This document shows, one piece after another, positions 40,503 to 50,821 of a stretch of 64,000 nt of DNA (position 1 is its first letter; every line of letters starts with the position of its first letter). This stretch comes from Candidatus Thalassarchaeum sp. (lineage in GTDB: Archaea > Thermoplasmatota > Poseidoniia > Poseidoniales > Thalassarchaeaceae). The translations under genes were made by a program, and so were the position numbers. The DNA is taken from positions 7,569 to 71,568 of the forward strand of contig JAKURM010000001.1 of the NCBI GenBank assembly GCA_022449945.1, read 5' to 3'. The notes beneath the pieces are model-generated. The model was not told the origin of the DNA and ran no database searches. It saw only the letters and a program-made list of their open reading frames with translations.

Positions 40503-42005
40503 ATGTGCGGTATCGTCGGTATTGTCGGTTTTCCGGGAACCCAAGTCGCCAGTACGCTGTACGATGCATTATTGGTTTTGCAACATCGGGGGCAGGATGC
40601 AGCAGGGATAGTGACGAGCGACTCACAGAACATTTGTCATCGAAGGGCGAATGGTCTTGTCAGGGATGTTTTCAGGGAGCGGCACATGGAAAAACTCCAT
40701 GGATCGATGGGCATTGGTCACGTGAGGTATCCAACTGCTGGCTCCAGTTCTTCAGATGAGGCCCAACCTTTCTACACAAATACTCCATTTGGGGTGAGCC
40801 TAGCACACAATGGAAACCTGAACAATACTTCGGATATAATTTCGGGATTGTTGGAATATGACCACAGGAGGATTAACACCAGTTCTGACTCGGAGGCCCT
40901 TCTCAATCTTTTTGCAGCTGAAATTCAACGTTCTGTTAATGGCCGGCCAGGCGGGATGGATGCTCTCTCGGAGGACGATATCTTTCGAGCAATTGAGAGG
41001 ACTCATCTAAGGGCAGAGGGCAGTTACAGTGTTGTTTCACTAATCACTGGATGGGGACTAGTCGCCTTCCGCGACCCGAATGGAATCAGGCCCCTGTTTC
41101 TTGGCAAGAATGAGCTGAATGGTTTCACAGAAAGGCTTGTTTCCTCAGAGAGCGTCGCCTGTAAGGCTCTAGGATTCAAGCCAGATAGGGACGTTCTGCC
41201 CGGAGAGGCAGTTGTAATCAGGATGGACGGCTCATTCCATTCAAAGTTGTGCCATGCAAAACCCTCCCATTCTCCTTGCGTTTTCGAACATGTTTACTTC
41301 GCTAGGCCCGACTCGGTAATTGACGGAATCTCAGTACACATGGCACGACTTAGGATGGGAAGGGCACTAGCAGAAGGGATCAGGTCGAAGCTACCAGATC
41401 ATGATATCGATGCAGTCATCCCTGTTCCCGATAGTGGAAGAATTGCGGCATTGGGCCTATCTAGCGAACTGGGGGTGCCATATAGGGAGGGATTCGTCAA
41501 GAACCGATACATAGGTAGGACTTTCATAATGCCCGGGCAGAGGATGAGGAAGGACTCAGTACGAAAGAAACTGAATACCATTGACGAGGAATTCAGAGGA
41601 AAGACTATCCTTATTGTCGATGACAGCATTGTCAGAGGCAACACGTCCCGAAGAATTGTAAAAATGGCAAGAGAGGCGGGCGCATCCCGTGTCCTTTTTG
41701 CATCATCATCACCCCCAATTATTCATCCAAACGTGTATGGAATTGACATGCCTGCTAGGTCAGAGTACGTAGCTTATGGGAAATCAACAGAAGAGATTTG
41801 TGATGCAATTGGTGCCGACTGGCTAATCTATCAGGAATTAGATGACCTTGTGGAGTCCTGCCTTGGTGCAGGGAAGACGAGCATTGCAAATTTCGACTGC
41901 TCTTGCTTTGATGGGATATACGTCACAGGTGGAATTTCGGAAGACTACTTGGGCAAGATTGAGAAGGTCAGAGCAGACTCTGCTAAGGAGCAGGTCTCAG
42001 TTTGA
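40503..42005 (+). CDS. purF: amidophosphoribosyltransferase
   Basis: Starts MCGIVGIVG (Ntn Cys1), PRTase motif ILIVDDSIVRGNTS. The ORF-track start 40329 would overlap rpl37e; an in-frame ATG at 40503 gives the canonical N-terminus. Confidence 0.9.
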   Translation: MCGIVGIVGFPGTQVASTLYDALLVLQHRGQDAAGIVTSDSQNICHRRANGLVRDVFRERHMEKLHGSMGIGHVRYPTAGSSSSDEAQPFYTNTPFGVSLAHNGNLNNTSDIISGLLEYDHRRINTSSDSEALLNLFAAEIQRSVNGRPGGMDALSEDDIFRAIERTHLRAEGSYSVVSLITGWGLVAFRDPNGIRPLFLGKNELNGFTERLVSSESVACKALGFKPDRDVLPGEAVVIRMDGSFHSKLCHAKPSHSPCVFEHVYFARPDSVIDGISVHMARLRMGRALAEGIRSKLPDHDIDAVIPVPDSGRIAALGLSSELGVPYREGFVKNRYIGRTFIMPGQRMRKDSVRKKLNTIDEEFRGKTILIVDDSIVRGNTSRRIVKMAREAGASRVLFASSSPPIIHPNVYGIDMPARSEYVAYGKSTEEICDAIGADWLIYQELDDLVESCLGAGKTSIANFDCSCFDGIYVTGGISEDYLGKIEKVRADSAKEQVSV

Positions 42006-42926
42006 AACCAAATTGCTAAGCTCAGATTTTAGAACCGGCAAGGCTTCTTCCCAGGTAGCCACAATTCCATAGTCTGCGACCCCGAAGATAGGGGCATCTG
42101 GATCCTTGTTTATTGCAACGATGTACTTGCTTGTTCTCATTCCTGCAAGGTGCTGAATCGCCCCGCTGATGCCCACGGCAATATACAAGCTCGGCACCAC
42201 CGTCTTCCCGGTTTGCCCCACTTGCATGCTGTGGGATATCTCTTCCCACGTGTCCACGGCCGCCCTGCTTGCCCCCACAGCAGCCCCCACAATCTCAGAT
42301 ATTTCGTAGAGATGCTCAAAGTTGGCAGGATCGCCCATCCCCCTGCCTCCTGAAATTACTATGTTAGCCTCCGAAACATCGAGCCTCTCGCTCGCCTTCG
42401 CCAGAGCTTCCTTGACGGAAATTCTGATATCCCCACTCTGGCTAACTGTACTGATTTCTGCATCCCCCTCAGAACCTGGATCGTCGAACGAATTCGCCCT
42501 AATTGAAATTGCACACGGAGGGGATACTGTAGCCTGTTCTATTGCCTTCCCAGAGTATATTGGCCGCGTAATTGAAATCCCCTCAGAAACTTCAGTTACA
42601 TCCTGCATTACCGGGATGCCCTTCATTGCCCCGATAGAAGCTACCAATTCCCTTCCCGAAGGGGAGGCAGAAGAAAGGATTAGTTCGCCATTTGCGAGTG
42701 GCTCCAATGCCTCTGCCCAAGCTCCAACGTCATATGCACCAAAGCAAGCACCCTCAACAGAAACGACCTTTGAAACCCCGGTAATTGATGACGCTTCTGA
42801 GGCACCAACTCCACCCGGGCAGAGGATAGTGGGCACACCTCCTATGGATGAAGCCGCCCCTACCAGTTGTGCAGTAACTGGATGGAGGGATCCATCTGCA
42901 ACATCTGCAATTATTGTTACTTCCAT
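41997..42926 (-). CDS. etfA: electron transfer flavoprotein alpha subunit
   Basis: 309 aa, FAD-binding C-terminal domain (...PDAPIFGVADYGIVATWEEALP...). Confidence 0.85.
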   Translation of the reverse strand: MEVTIIADVADGSLHPVTAQLVGAASSIGGVPTILCPGGVGASEASSITGVSKVVSVEGACFGAYDVGAWAEALEPLANGELILSSASPSGRELVASIGAMKGIPVMQDVTEVSEGISITRPIYSGKAIEQATVSPPCAISIRANSFDDPGSEGDAEISTVSQSGDIRISVKEALAKASERLDVSEANIVISGGRGMGDPANFEHLYEISEIVGAAVGASRAAVDTWEEISHSMQVGQTGKTVVPSLYIAVGISGAIQHLAGMRTSKYIVAINKDPDAPIFGVADYGIVATWEEALPVLKSELSNLVSN

Positions 42927-42935
42927 GGCATCCCC

Positions 42936-43691
42936 TCAGATCACATTCGCCTCATCACGAAGCTTTCCAACCACTGTCGGAACGGAGTTAGCTCCTTCGA
43001 ATTTCTGCCCGGGCGGCTTTTCCGGTGGCGGAGAATGCGAATCAATCGAAACCGAAGGAGAACCGATACTGACTCCCAGGTCATCAGGTGTCAGAACTAT
43101 GACTTCCTTCTTTTTCGCCATCATGATTCCCCTTACGTTGGGTCTCCTGAGTTCGGTAGAACCCTTGTCGAATGTGATTACGCAAGGGGGCTGAACACTG
43201 ACTCTCTCGAACCCCGAGGGGGTCGACCTCGTTGCTACCAAATCATCCCCCTCTGTGCACACTTCTGAAACAATCCCCACGCATGCTGCTCCAATGATCC
43301 TCGCTACTCCCGGTCCCGTTGAGCCACTGTTGGTGTCAGCAGCCTGCTTTCCACATAGGACCCAATCTGCCTCAGAGCGAGAAACCGCAGCAGAAAGTAG
43401 AGCCTGAACCTGGGTACTGTCTAGTGGCTCTTCGACAATAATGTGTATCAACTCGTCCGCTCCGACGGCTGCCGCCTCAGTTAGGCACTTTGCAGATCGG
43501 GTCGGGCCACAAGTTATTGCAACAAGACTACCGACCCCAGAGTCCTTCAGTTGCAAGGCAGCTTCTAGTGCATACTCGTCATACGGGCTAATGGTCCACT
43601 TGCTTACTGACGCTTCGTCAACTCTGCCATTGGAAACGGAAATCTTGGAGGTTGTATCTGGTACATGTTTTACCAGTACCGCAATCGTCAT
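42936..43691 (-). CDS. etfB: electron transfer flavoprotein beta subunit
   Basis: MTIAVLVKHVPDT..., 251 aa, immediately upstream of etfA. Confidence 0.85.
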   Translation of the reverse strand: MTIAVLVKHVPDTTSKISVSNGRVDEASVSKWTISPYDEYALEAALQLKDSGVGSLVAITCGPTRSAKCLTEAAAVGADELIHIIVEEPLDSTQVQALLSAAVSRSEADWVLCGKQAADTNSGSTGPGVARIIGAACVGIVSEVCTEGDDLVATRSTPSGFERVSVQPPCVITFDKGSTELRRPNVRGIMMAKKKEVIVLTPDDLGVSIGSPSVSIDSHSPPPEKPPGQKFEGANSVPTVVGKLRDEANVI

Positions 43692-43745
43692 GACACCTCG
43701 AAATGAAAACCCTCTATCAAGATTCGCAGGGGGGACTGAGAAGAC

Positions 43746-44930
43746 CTAAGCCTCTCTGGTGAATGCTTGTATTCCGGTAATGTGCCTTCCAAGTATCAGG
43801 TTGTGGATGTCGTGAGTCCCTTCGTATGTCTTTACCGACTCGAGGTTGGCCATATGCCTCATTACCGGGTACTCGTCCAGGATTCCATTTGCCCCATGGA
43901 TATCTCTTGCCATTCTGGCTATTTCCAGAGCAATGTCCACGTTGTTCATCTTGGCCAGAGAAATGTGTTCGGGTATCCAGGACCCGTCATCTTTCTTTTT
44001 CCCTAGGTGATATGCTAGCAGTTGGCCCTTTGTAATCTCCCTCAGCATCCAAGAGAGCTTGTTCTGGACCAGTTGGAAAGAGGCAATTGGATGCCCAAAC
44101 TGGATGCGGCTTAGTGCATACTCCTTGGCGGAACTGAAGCAAGACTGTGCTGCTCCAATTGCCCCCCATGAGATTCCGTATCTGGCATTATTTAGGCAGC
44201 TGAATGGCCCTCTAAGGCCCTTGACATCGGGAAGAATCCTATCCTTTGGAATCTCGCAGTCTTGGAAGACAAGTTCGCTCGTTACACTTGCCTTCAGGGA
44301 ATGCTTCCCCGTCATCTCCGGGGCACTGAATCCAGGGTCTCCCCTTTCCACGATGAATCCCCTAATCTCCCCGTCCAATTTAGCCCAGACAACTGCCAAA
44401 TCTGCTATGGTGCCATTGGTAATCCACATCTTTGCACCATTTAGCAGGAAGTGGCTACCCTTGTCCTCAGCTTTGGTTATCATATCCCCCGGATTTGATC
44501 CATAGTCGGGCTCAGTAAGCCCGAAACATCCTATCCACTCACCTGAAGCCATTCTTGGGAGGTAATGTTTCTTCTGCTCTTCACTTCCGAAGTCCCATAT
44601 CGGGTACATCGCCAAGGATCCCTGGACGCTAGCGAATGAACGTACACCACTGTCTCCTCTCTCTAGCTCCTGACAAATTACTCCATAGGCTACGTAAGAA
44701 AGACCAGGACACCCATAACCCTGCAGAGGTGCTCCTAGAATGCCCATTTCGCCGATGTCCTTTCGCCACTCGTCTGGGAAAACCCCGTCCCTGCAGGCTT
44801 CCTCGATATTGGGTATTATTTTGTCATCTACCCATTCCCTAACCATGTCACGAATCATTCTTTCTTCGTCACTAAGAAGTGAATCAATGTCATAGAAGTC
44901 CAATGCCTCGTACGCCATTCTATCAGACAT
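43746..44930 (-). CDS. acyl-CoA dehydrogenase (glutaryl-CoA dehydrogenase-like)
   Basis: 394 aa, ACAD N/M/C domains, C-terminal ...YEGTHDIHNLILGRHITGI. Confidence 0.85.
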   Translation of the reverse strand: MSDRMAYEALDFYDIDSLLSDEERMIRDMVREWVDDKIIPNIEEACRDGVFPDEWRKDIGEMGILGAPLQGYGCPGLSYVAYGVICQELERGDSGVRSFASVQGSLAMYPIWDFGSEEQKKHYLPRMASGEWIGCFGLTEPDYGSNPGDMITKAEDKGSHFLLNGAKMWITNGTIADLAVVWAKLDGEIRGFIVERGDPGFSAPEMTGKHSLKASVTSELVFQDCEIPKDRILPDVKGLRGPFSCLNNARYGISWGAIGAAQSCFSSAKEYALSRIQFGHPIASFQLVQNKLSWMLREITKGQLLAYHLGKKKDDGSWIPEHISLAKMNNVDIALEIARMARDIHGANGILDEYPVMRHMANLESVKTYEGTHDIHNLILGRHITGIQAFTREA

Positions 44931-44961
44931 TCGCGAGGCCCTGCCCTATCTAAGCATGTCC

Positions 44962-46188
44962 TTACTTTCTACGACCTTTCCGGCGTCCTTCCCTCTTGGC
45001 CCTTTTCCTCTCTTCTTCACTACCGATTGCTATAGCCATCCAACGACTCAATGTTTCCGAAGAACTAGTGATTAGACTCAGTACAAGCAAGCTCGCCCCT
45101 CCAAAGACTATGATCCCAATCCAAATTGTTATCACGCCCCCCTCACTCTCTTTCTCCTCTGGAGAAAAATCGATGATTTTCCCCGTGCTCGTCACAACCC
45201 ACCCCGTACTAATCCCCGTACTCCAGGTAGAAACGACCCTGTCGTTCGAGACAATTGGGTCGAACATCACGACATCTTCATTCTCCAACCATGGGTACGA
45301 AACCCTCTCTTCCAGATCGTGCTCAACCAACTCAAAGGGAGCCATAGAAATGAGTGATTTACTATTGGACTGGATCTCAATGCCATTGAATTTCCCATCG
45401 ATTCCATGGAGTTTTACAATGTCGTTCTCATAAATTTTGGAGTTTTCGGGATCATTGGTATTGATGCTGACAATCCCAATTGTCCTATCTGTGGAGATAA
45501 CCACGCACTCGTGCGACGTTCCCGTCGGGCAAACCGCATCAATCCAAGGGTACCCAACTCCTCCAATCCAGTGAATTTCATGCTCCCCGTCAATTAGTCC
45601 GACTCCATCTACACTGGAACTGATTTCGCAAACATTTGATCCCGGGAGGCATGATATGGCGTTTACGTCACTATTCCCTTTGCCCTCTAGGGGGATGACC
45701 TCTGATCCCCCTCCATCTATGCCCCTGATTCTCCATATCCATCCGCCTTCCCCTCCAACATATGCCCATGAACCATCTCCTTTCCACGAAACTGCATTTA
45801 GATTGGTTTGTCCAAGCAATATATCATCAACAGCCTCCTCTACCACATTTTGTTCTCTCATGTACCTTAGTACGGCCCCACTATCCCCTACTATCAGTGC
45901 GGTCTGGCCATTTGGATGGAAGCCCGAATCGACTAAATCCCTACTATAGTTCCACTCGATCTTCGAGAATTCTTCTGGCGATGATGAATTTACTGCGAAT
46001 ATCGCGGACTCCTTCCCGTGGACAATCACCAACTCCCCATCTGGTGAGATAGACGCCCCTTCAATTCCCAAATCCCCTTCCCCTAGGGAATGCAACCGAC
46101 CTAATTCCACAGCTGATTGGGCCTGAGCAGATTGCACCAATAATAGGACCAGGGTCATGGCAATTGCAGTCGCGCCTCTACTCGACAT
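44962..46188 (-). CDS. exported beta-propeller-like protein with C-terminal TM anchor and basic tail
   Basis: Signal peptide ending VQSAQA|QSAVE (predicted mature N-terminus is Gln). TM ITIWIGIIVFGGASLLVLSL. Tail KRAKREGRRKGRRK. Confidence 0.5.
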   Translation of the reverse strand: MSSRGATAIAMTLVLLLVQSAQAQSAVELGRLHSLGEGDLGIEGASISPDGELVIVHGKESAIFAVNSSSPEEFSKIEWNYSRDLVDSGFHPNGQTALIVGDSGAVLRYMREQNVVEEAVDDILLGQTNLNAVSWKGDGSWAYVGGEGGWIWRIRGIDGGGSEVIPLEGKGNSDVNAISCLPGSNVCEISSSVDGVGLIDGEHEIHWIGGVGYPWIDAVCPTGTSHECVVISTDRTIGIVSINTNDPENSKIYENDIVKLHGIDGKFNGIEIQSNSKSLISMAPFELVEHDLEERVSYPWLENEDVVMFDPIVSNDRVVSTWSTGISTGWVVTSTGKIIDFSPEEKESEGGVITIWIGIIVFGGASLLVLSLITSSSETLSRWMAIAIGSEEERKRAKREGRRKGRRK

Positions 46189-46286
46189 GGACTTCCGAGG
46201 CGCCCAAACCGTTTAGCAATTCTATTGATTTGGTTGGCCAGTGCCAACGGGCAGTATTGAAGTGGAACCAACCATTCGGAGGTGCA

Positions 46287-46799
46287 ATGGAGAGATTTGA
46301 CGTACGAAGGGGACTGGTTAAGGAAGTAGAAGGAAATGGTGGCTTAGCCAAACTAGCCGAGGAGTTCTTTGACTCCGTCGAGGAAACATCCGAAGCCTCT
46401 TTCAAGGCAAGTCACGGAATCATGACTTCGATAGAGGCTAGCTATCAGAACGGCGCACTGATCATCGATGTAACCAACGTACCCCCGGACTTCGATGACC
46501 CAGAAGCTATGAAATCTGCAATGGACGCTAGGAAAAGATGGACATTATTCCTTGACAAATCCACTGGCTATGACTCAAAGAAAAGGGGCGATAAAGCGAA
46601 AGAGTGGGCAAAGAAAGCATCAAAGGCGAAGTCGGCAGTTTCGGCTTCGAAACATTTCATGGAGATGTCCGATAGCATTTCGCAGGAACAAAGAAACAAG
46701 GCAAACTCTATGATCGAAGAGATTGAGTCTCTGTTGGACTCCAATGAGAACACAAAGGCCGCCGGTCGTGCTGAGAAACTGAACAAACTTTTCGGTTAG
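46287..46799 (+). CDS. hypothetical protein (start at first in-frame ATG)
   Basis: ~170 aa, charged/helical, no recognised family. Upstream part of the ORF-track entry (TTG at 46164) overlaps the divergent gene. Confidence 0.3.
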   Translation: MERFDVRRGLVKEVEGNGGLAKLAEEFFDSVEETSEASFKASHGIMTSIEASYQNGALIIDVTNVPPDFDDPEAMKSAMDARKRWTLFLDKSTGYDSKKRGDKAKEWAKKASKAKSAVSASKHFMEMSDSISQEQRNKANSMIEEIESLLDSNENTKAAGRAEKLNKLFG

Positions 46800-46801
46800 T
46801 G

Positions 46802-47923
46802 ATGAAAATGGGTGAAGACGCTATTTCTGGACTTGACAAAGAGTCTAGGGATAGTTTCGAAAGAATGTTCAATGGTTGTCAGGAAGTAATTGGGCCCGAG
46901 CACGTTGCTTCAATTCTATCTGGTGGAAAGAGCCACTCTGGCGATCAGCAAATCGTGGCATACATTGGACTCGAGCCAAGTGGAAAGGCCCACTTGGGAT
47001 ACATGATTCTCGCTGATACAATTCGAAATATGCTTGACGAAGGGATCAATGTAATCATCCTGCTAGCTGACTGGCATGCTTGGGTAAACGATAAGTTCGA
47101 TCGGGACATGGAGAAGATTTCTCTTGCTGGAGATTATCTAGCCGAGGTCTTCAGAGCCATGCTAGGATACCCCCCAGAAGGGGAGGGAGCCGGACAACTC
47201 CGATTCTTGCGCGCCTCGGAGATAATGGATTCCGGCAAGTACTGGGAACGTGTTCTAAGGTGCTCAAAGAACATGAGCCTCTCTAGAGTTCGGAGAACAT
47301 TTAGCATCATGGGAAGGGACGAGGACTCCTCTGATCACGACCTTGCCGCATTCTACTATCCTACACTCCAAGCTGCCGATATCTTTGAGCTTAAGGTAGA
47401 CATTGCATTCGGTGGAATGGACCAGCGAAAGGCGCACATGTACATGCGTGAGGTAGCGGATAAGTACGATTGGACCAAGGCGACCTGCATACACACCCCA
47501 ATGATGTCGGCATTGAAGGGACCAGGTGGAAGAATGGACTCATTTGATCACAAGATGTCCAAGTCAGACCCTGCAAACGCTATACTTCTCGATGATGATC
47601 CAGACCTAGTAAAGGCCAAGATGCGCAAGGCTTTCCTCGAGGTCGGAAACCCAAATTCTCCAGTCTTCGAGATAGCTAAGCACATCGTTCTTCCCAAGAG
47701 AGGCACAATTACGGTCACTCCCGACCCCAAATATGGTGATCCTTCCGATTGGGATGACTTGAGTGACTTCATCGAGGCAGTTTCGGACGGTTCTATCCAC
47801 CCGCTAGATGCCAAGAACGCAATCTCAAACTGCCTCTCGGAGGTCATTGAGCCTGTTTTCCAGCAATTATCCCGAAAAACAGACCTTTTAGAGGCGATGA
47901 ATCAACTAACTGGCACTAACTAG
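46802..47923 (+). CDS. tyrS: tyrosyl-tRNA synthetase (archaeal type)
   Basis: HLGY (HIGH-like) and KMSKS. ...MDSFDHKMSKSDPANAILLDDDPDLVKAKMRKAF aligns with M. jannaschii TyrRS. Confidence 0.85.
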   Translation: MKMGEDAISGLDKESRDSFERMFNGCQEVIGPEHVASILSGGKSHSGDQQIVAYIGLEPSGKAHLGYMILADTIRNMLDEGINVIILLADWHAWVNDKFDRDMEKISLAGDYLAEVFRAMLGYPPEGEGAGQLRFLRASEIMDSGKYWERVLRCSKNMSLSRVRRTFSIMGRDEDSSDHDLAAFYYPTLQAADIFELKVDIAFGGMDQRKAHMYMREVADKYDWTKATCIHTPMMSALKGPGGRMDSFDHKMSKSDPANAILLDDDPDLVKAKMRKAFLEVGNPNSPVFEIAKHIVLPKRGTITVTPDPKYGDPSDWDDLSDFIEAVSDGSIHPLDAKNAISNCLSEVIEPVFQQLSRKTDLLEAMNQLTGTN

Positions 47924-48007
47924 CCTAGCAAGTAATCGAGAATTGTGAATTATTGCTTGCACAGTACTCATATTCTAGGCCAATTCCGGCAAGTCGAGGA
48001 ATTGGTT

Positions 48008-49558
48008 ATGCCAGAGGTAGGCATCGACGATATTGCCCTGCATTTTCCGAGACTATTTTTCGCCATGCAGGACTTTGCCGAATTCCGTGGTGCGGACTAC
48101 GGGAAACTCAACAAAGGCCTCGGTCTCGAAGCGATGGCAATTCCCGATGTTCACGAGGACACTGCAACAATGGGGGCTAACGCTGTATCTCGACTAATCG
48201 ATAGAAACTCGCTGGAACCCTCTTCGATAGGGAGGATATACTTGGGAACTGAGTCGGCACTTGACGGTGCCAAGCCAACTGCAACATACATCATGGACAT
48301 GTTGGAACAGCGGTACTCCGCAAAGTTTGGCCATGATTGTTTCAGGAACTGTGACGTGGTGGATATGACGTTCGCCTGCATCGGGGCAGTCGATGCGATG
48401 CACAACACTTTGGATTGGGTGGCCCGCGGCGGGGAAAGCCGCAAACGAGTTGGCATCGTGGTCTTCGCAGACAACGCAAAGTACGATCTAGGATCTTCAG
48501 GGGAGTATACCCAAGGAGCTGGTGGCGGAGCGATTCTAATTAGGCACAATCCGAGACTGTTGGCGATTCCAGATGTCTGGGGAGTTTCCACAATGCCGGT
48601 TCACGATTTCTTCAAACCCCGCAGAGAGGTGGAAACCAGGACAGTTGTGGAAAATGTTCTGGAGCTCGCCGAGGAGTCAGGTGCCAGCATTACAGCAAAT
48701 CTAGCTGAGAGAATCCTGAAGTTTCTTCCTAGATCTAGCAAGAAGAACGATGTCCTTTTCGAAAATGAAAAACTGATGATTCACAAGGACACGCCCGTCT
48801 TTGATGGCCAGTTCTCAAACCGGTGCTATTCTGAGTCGGTCAAGCATGCCTTCATCGATTTCCGCTCAAAGGCCATAGAGGAGGGGAGATACGACCCCGG
48901 GGAAGATGAGATACTCACCAACCAATGGAGCCGGATCATAGTTCACCTGCCTTATGCATTCCAAGGAAAGCGGATGTTCCCAGATGTTTTCCGTCATGAT
49001 CGCAGACATCTCCCAATTTGGGAGAAAATCACAGCAGAAATAGGGCCAGAGCCACTCCCAGAGAACTTCCCGGATACCCCAGAAGGCATCGAAGAATTCG
49101 AAAAAGAAAATGATTCATACAGGAGGTTGATTTCTAAGACTGAGGAGTTCCGGGTTTTTGTGGAAGAGAGGATAGAAAAGACCCAGAGGGCCTCTAGCCT
49201 AATTGGAAACCAGTACACGGGTTCAATTTTCCTTGCTTTGATGTCTGCCATGGAATCCGACTATCTAGATAACACGGAAATGGAATCAAAGAGAATAGGA
49301 CTCTGTGGATACGGTTCTGGTGCCAAGGCCAAGGTCTTCGAAGGAATTGTCCAACCCAAGTGGAGGGAAATCTCCTCCCGATTCCATCTCTTTGAGAGGT
49401 TATCAACTCGCCATGCGATCAACAAGACGGTCTATGAGGCGCTCCACAAGGGAAAGAGGAAGAGGTCAGTCGTCAAACCCAAGTCCGAATTCGCTCTTGT
49501 TGGAATCGGCAAAGAGGGTGACCTCGAGGGCCAGAGAAGATACCAGTGGTTCGAATAA
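48008..49558 (+). CDS. hydroxymethylglutaryl-CoA synthase (long, eukaryote-like form)
   Basis: N-terminus VGIDDIALHFPRLFF...DYGKLNKGLGLEAMA, active-site Cys context MTFACIGAVDAM. Length 516 aa (most archaeal HMGS ~350 aa). Confidence 0.75.
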   Translation: MPEVGIDDIALHFPRLFFAMQDFAEFRGADYGKLNKGLGLEAMAIPDVHEDTATMGANAVSRLIDRNSLEPSSIGRIYLGTESALDGAKPTATYIMDMLEQRYSAKFGHDCFRNCDVVDMTFACIGAVDAMHNTLDWVARGGESRKRVGIVVFADNAKYDLGSSGEYTQGAGGGAILIRHNPRLLAIPDVWGVSTMPVHDFFKPRREVETRTVVENVLELAEESGASITANLAERILKFLPRSSKKNDVLFENEKLMIHKDTPVFDGQFSNRCYSESVKHAFIDFRSKAIEEGRYDPGEDEILTNQWSRIIVHLPYAFQGKRMFPDVFRHDRRHLPIWEKITAEIGPEPLPENFPDTPEGIEEFEKENDSYRRLISKTEEFRVFVEERIEKTQRASSLIGNQYTGSIFLALMSAMESDYLDNTEMESKRIGLCGYGSGAKAKVFEGIVQPKWREISSRFHLFERLSTRHAINKTVYEALHKGKRKRSVVKPKSEFALVGIGKEGDLEGQRRYQWFE

Positions 49559-50812
49559 CTAAGACTCTAGGATTTCTCTAACCGAAGAAACGAACTCATT
49601 CACTTCATCCATCGTGTTGTAGTGCAACACTCCAGCTCTTAGGACACCTTCTGGTTCCAAATCAAGTGCTTCGGTTAACTCTAGTGCGTAGAAATTTCCC
49701 GCCCAAGCGAAAATGCCCCTTTCGGCCAATTCCCGACATATCTCCGAGGCGCCCATCTTCGGATGAGTGAAGGATACTGTTGGTGCCCTCTCGATAATCC
49801 TCTCTGGTTCGGTAATGCCCCAAATATTGACTCCCCCAATCCCTCCTAGTCCTTCTAGCATCCTTAGGCACAGTTCACTCTCATGAGCCTCTATTGCTTC
49901 AAACGCCTTCACTAGAGCGTCTCGTCTAGAAAGCCCAACTTCACCACTGCATTCCCTACCTATCCAAGCAATGTGCTCGATCGCCGCCATTGTTCCTGAC
50001 ATCCCTTCATGACTCTGGGTTCCAGTCATCCATCTGAATGGCATTTCCTCACTAGAGACTCTGAGCTTTGCTACGGGCAACTTCGCCATCTTTTCCCCTT
50101 TCCCCCACAGTATCCCTTGATGAGGTCCGAAGAATTTGTAGGGGGAACACAGAAGATAATCGCATCCAATTCGTTCTACGTCAATTAACGAATGAGGGGC
50201 GAAATGAACTGCATCAACAACTACCTCTGCTCCGAAGTTGTGGGATATTTCCACGATTTTCCTGACATCGTTCACCGTACCAGAGAGATTTGATGCTGCT
50301 CCAACTGCCACAAGCACGGTCTTCTCCGATATCGAATCAATTACTGAATCCATGTCCAGTGTACAATCTTCTTGATTAATGTCAACTTTCCTAAGAGTGG
50401 CCCCGGACCACTCGGCAGCGAGGGACCATGGCCTGACGTTTCCATCATGGTCTAACCTAGTTACGACTACTTCGTCTCCAGGCCCCCATGTCCTGCTCAA
50501 GGCACTAGCAAGTTGGATGTTCAGGCTTGTCATATTCTGGCCGAAAACAATCTCATCTGGGTCAGAGCATCCAAGGAAGTCTGCGCAAGCTTGTAGAGTC
50601 TCAGAAATCAATTGATCCGTCTCTACAGAAGTAGCGAAAGTCATTCCAGTATTCGCATTGTGATTCAACAGGTAGTCCTTCACTGCTTCAGCGACAGAGA
50701 TTGGAACCTGGCTACCCCCGGGACCGTCAAAGAAGATCGCGCTCCTGTTGCCTACCTTTCTCTCCAAACCGGGAAAAGCCGCCCTGATTTTTGATATCGG
50801 ATACTCTCTCAA
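49559..50812 (-). CDS. class V aminotransferase / cysteine-desulfurase-like PLP enzyme
   Basis: 417 aa, PLP-fold motifs. Second class-V enzyme in the window besides sufS. Confidence 0.6.
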   Translation of the reverse strand: MREYPISKIRAAFPGLERKVGNRSAIFFDGPGGSQVPISVAEAVKDYLLNHNANTGMTFATSVETDQLISETLQACADFLGCSDPDEIVFGQNMTSLNIQLASALSRTWGPGDEVVVTRLDHDGNVRPWSLAAEWSGATLRKVDINQEDCTLDMDSVIDSISEKTVLVAVGAASNLSGTVNDVRKIVEISHNFGAEVVVDAVHFAPHSLIDVERIGCDYLLCSPYKFFGPHQGILWGKGEKMAKLPVAKLRVSSEEMPFRWMTGTQSHEGMSGTMAAIEHIAWIGRECSGEVGLSRRDALVKAFEAIEAHESELCLRMLEGLGGIGGVNIWGITEPERIIERAPTVSFTHPKMGASEICRELAERGIFAWAGNFYALELTEALDLEPEGVLRAGVLHYNTMDEVNEFVSSVREILES

Positions 50813-50821
50813 ATCATCAAC

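Noticed and set aside
42322-43194. 290-aa ORF on the plus strand spanning etfA/etfB
   Set aside because: It is antisense to two well-supported genes at once. Its Ser/Thr/Pro-rich low-complexity translation is typical of an antisense frame in GC-rich coding DNA.
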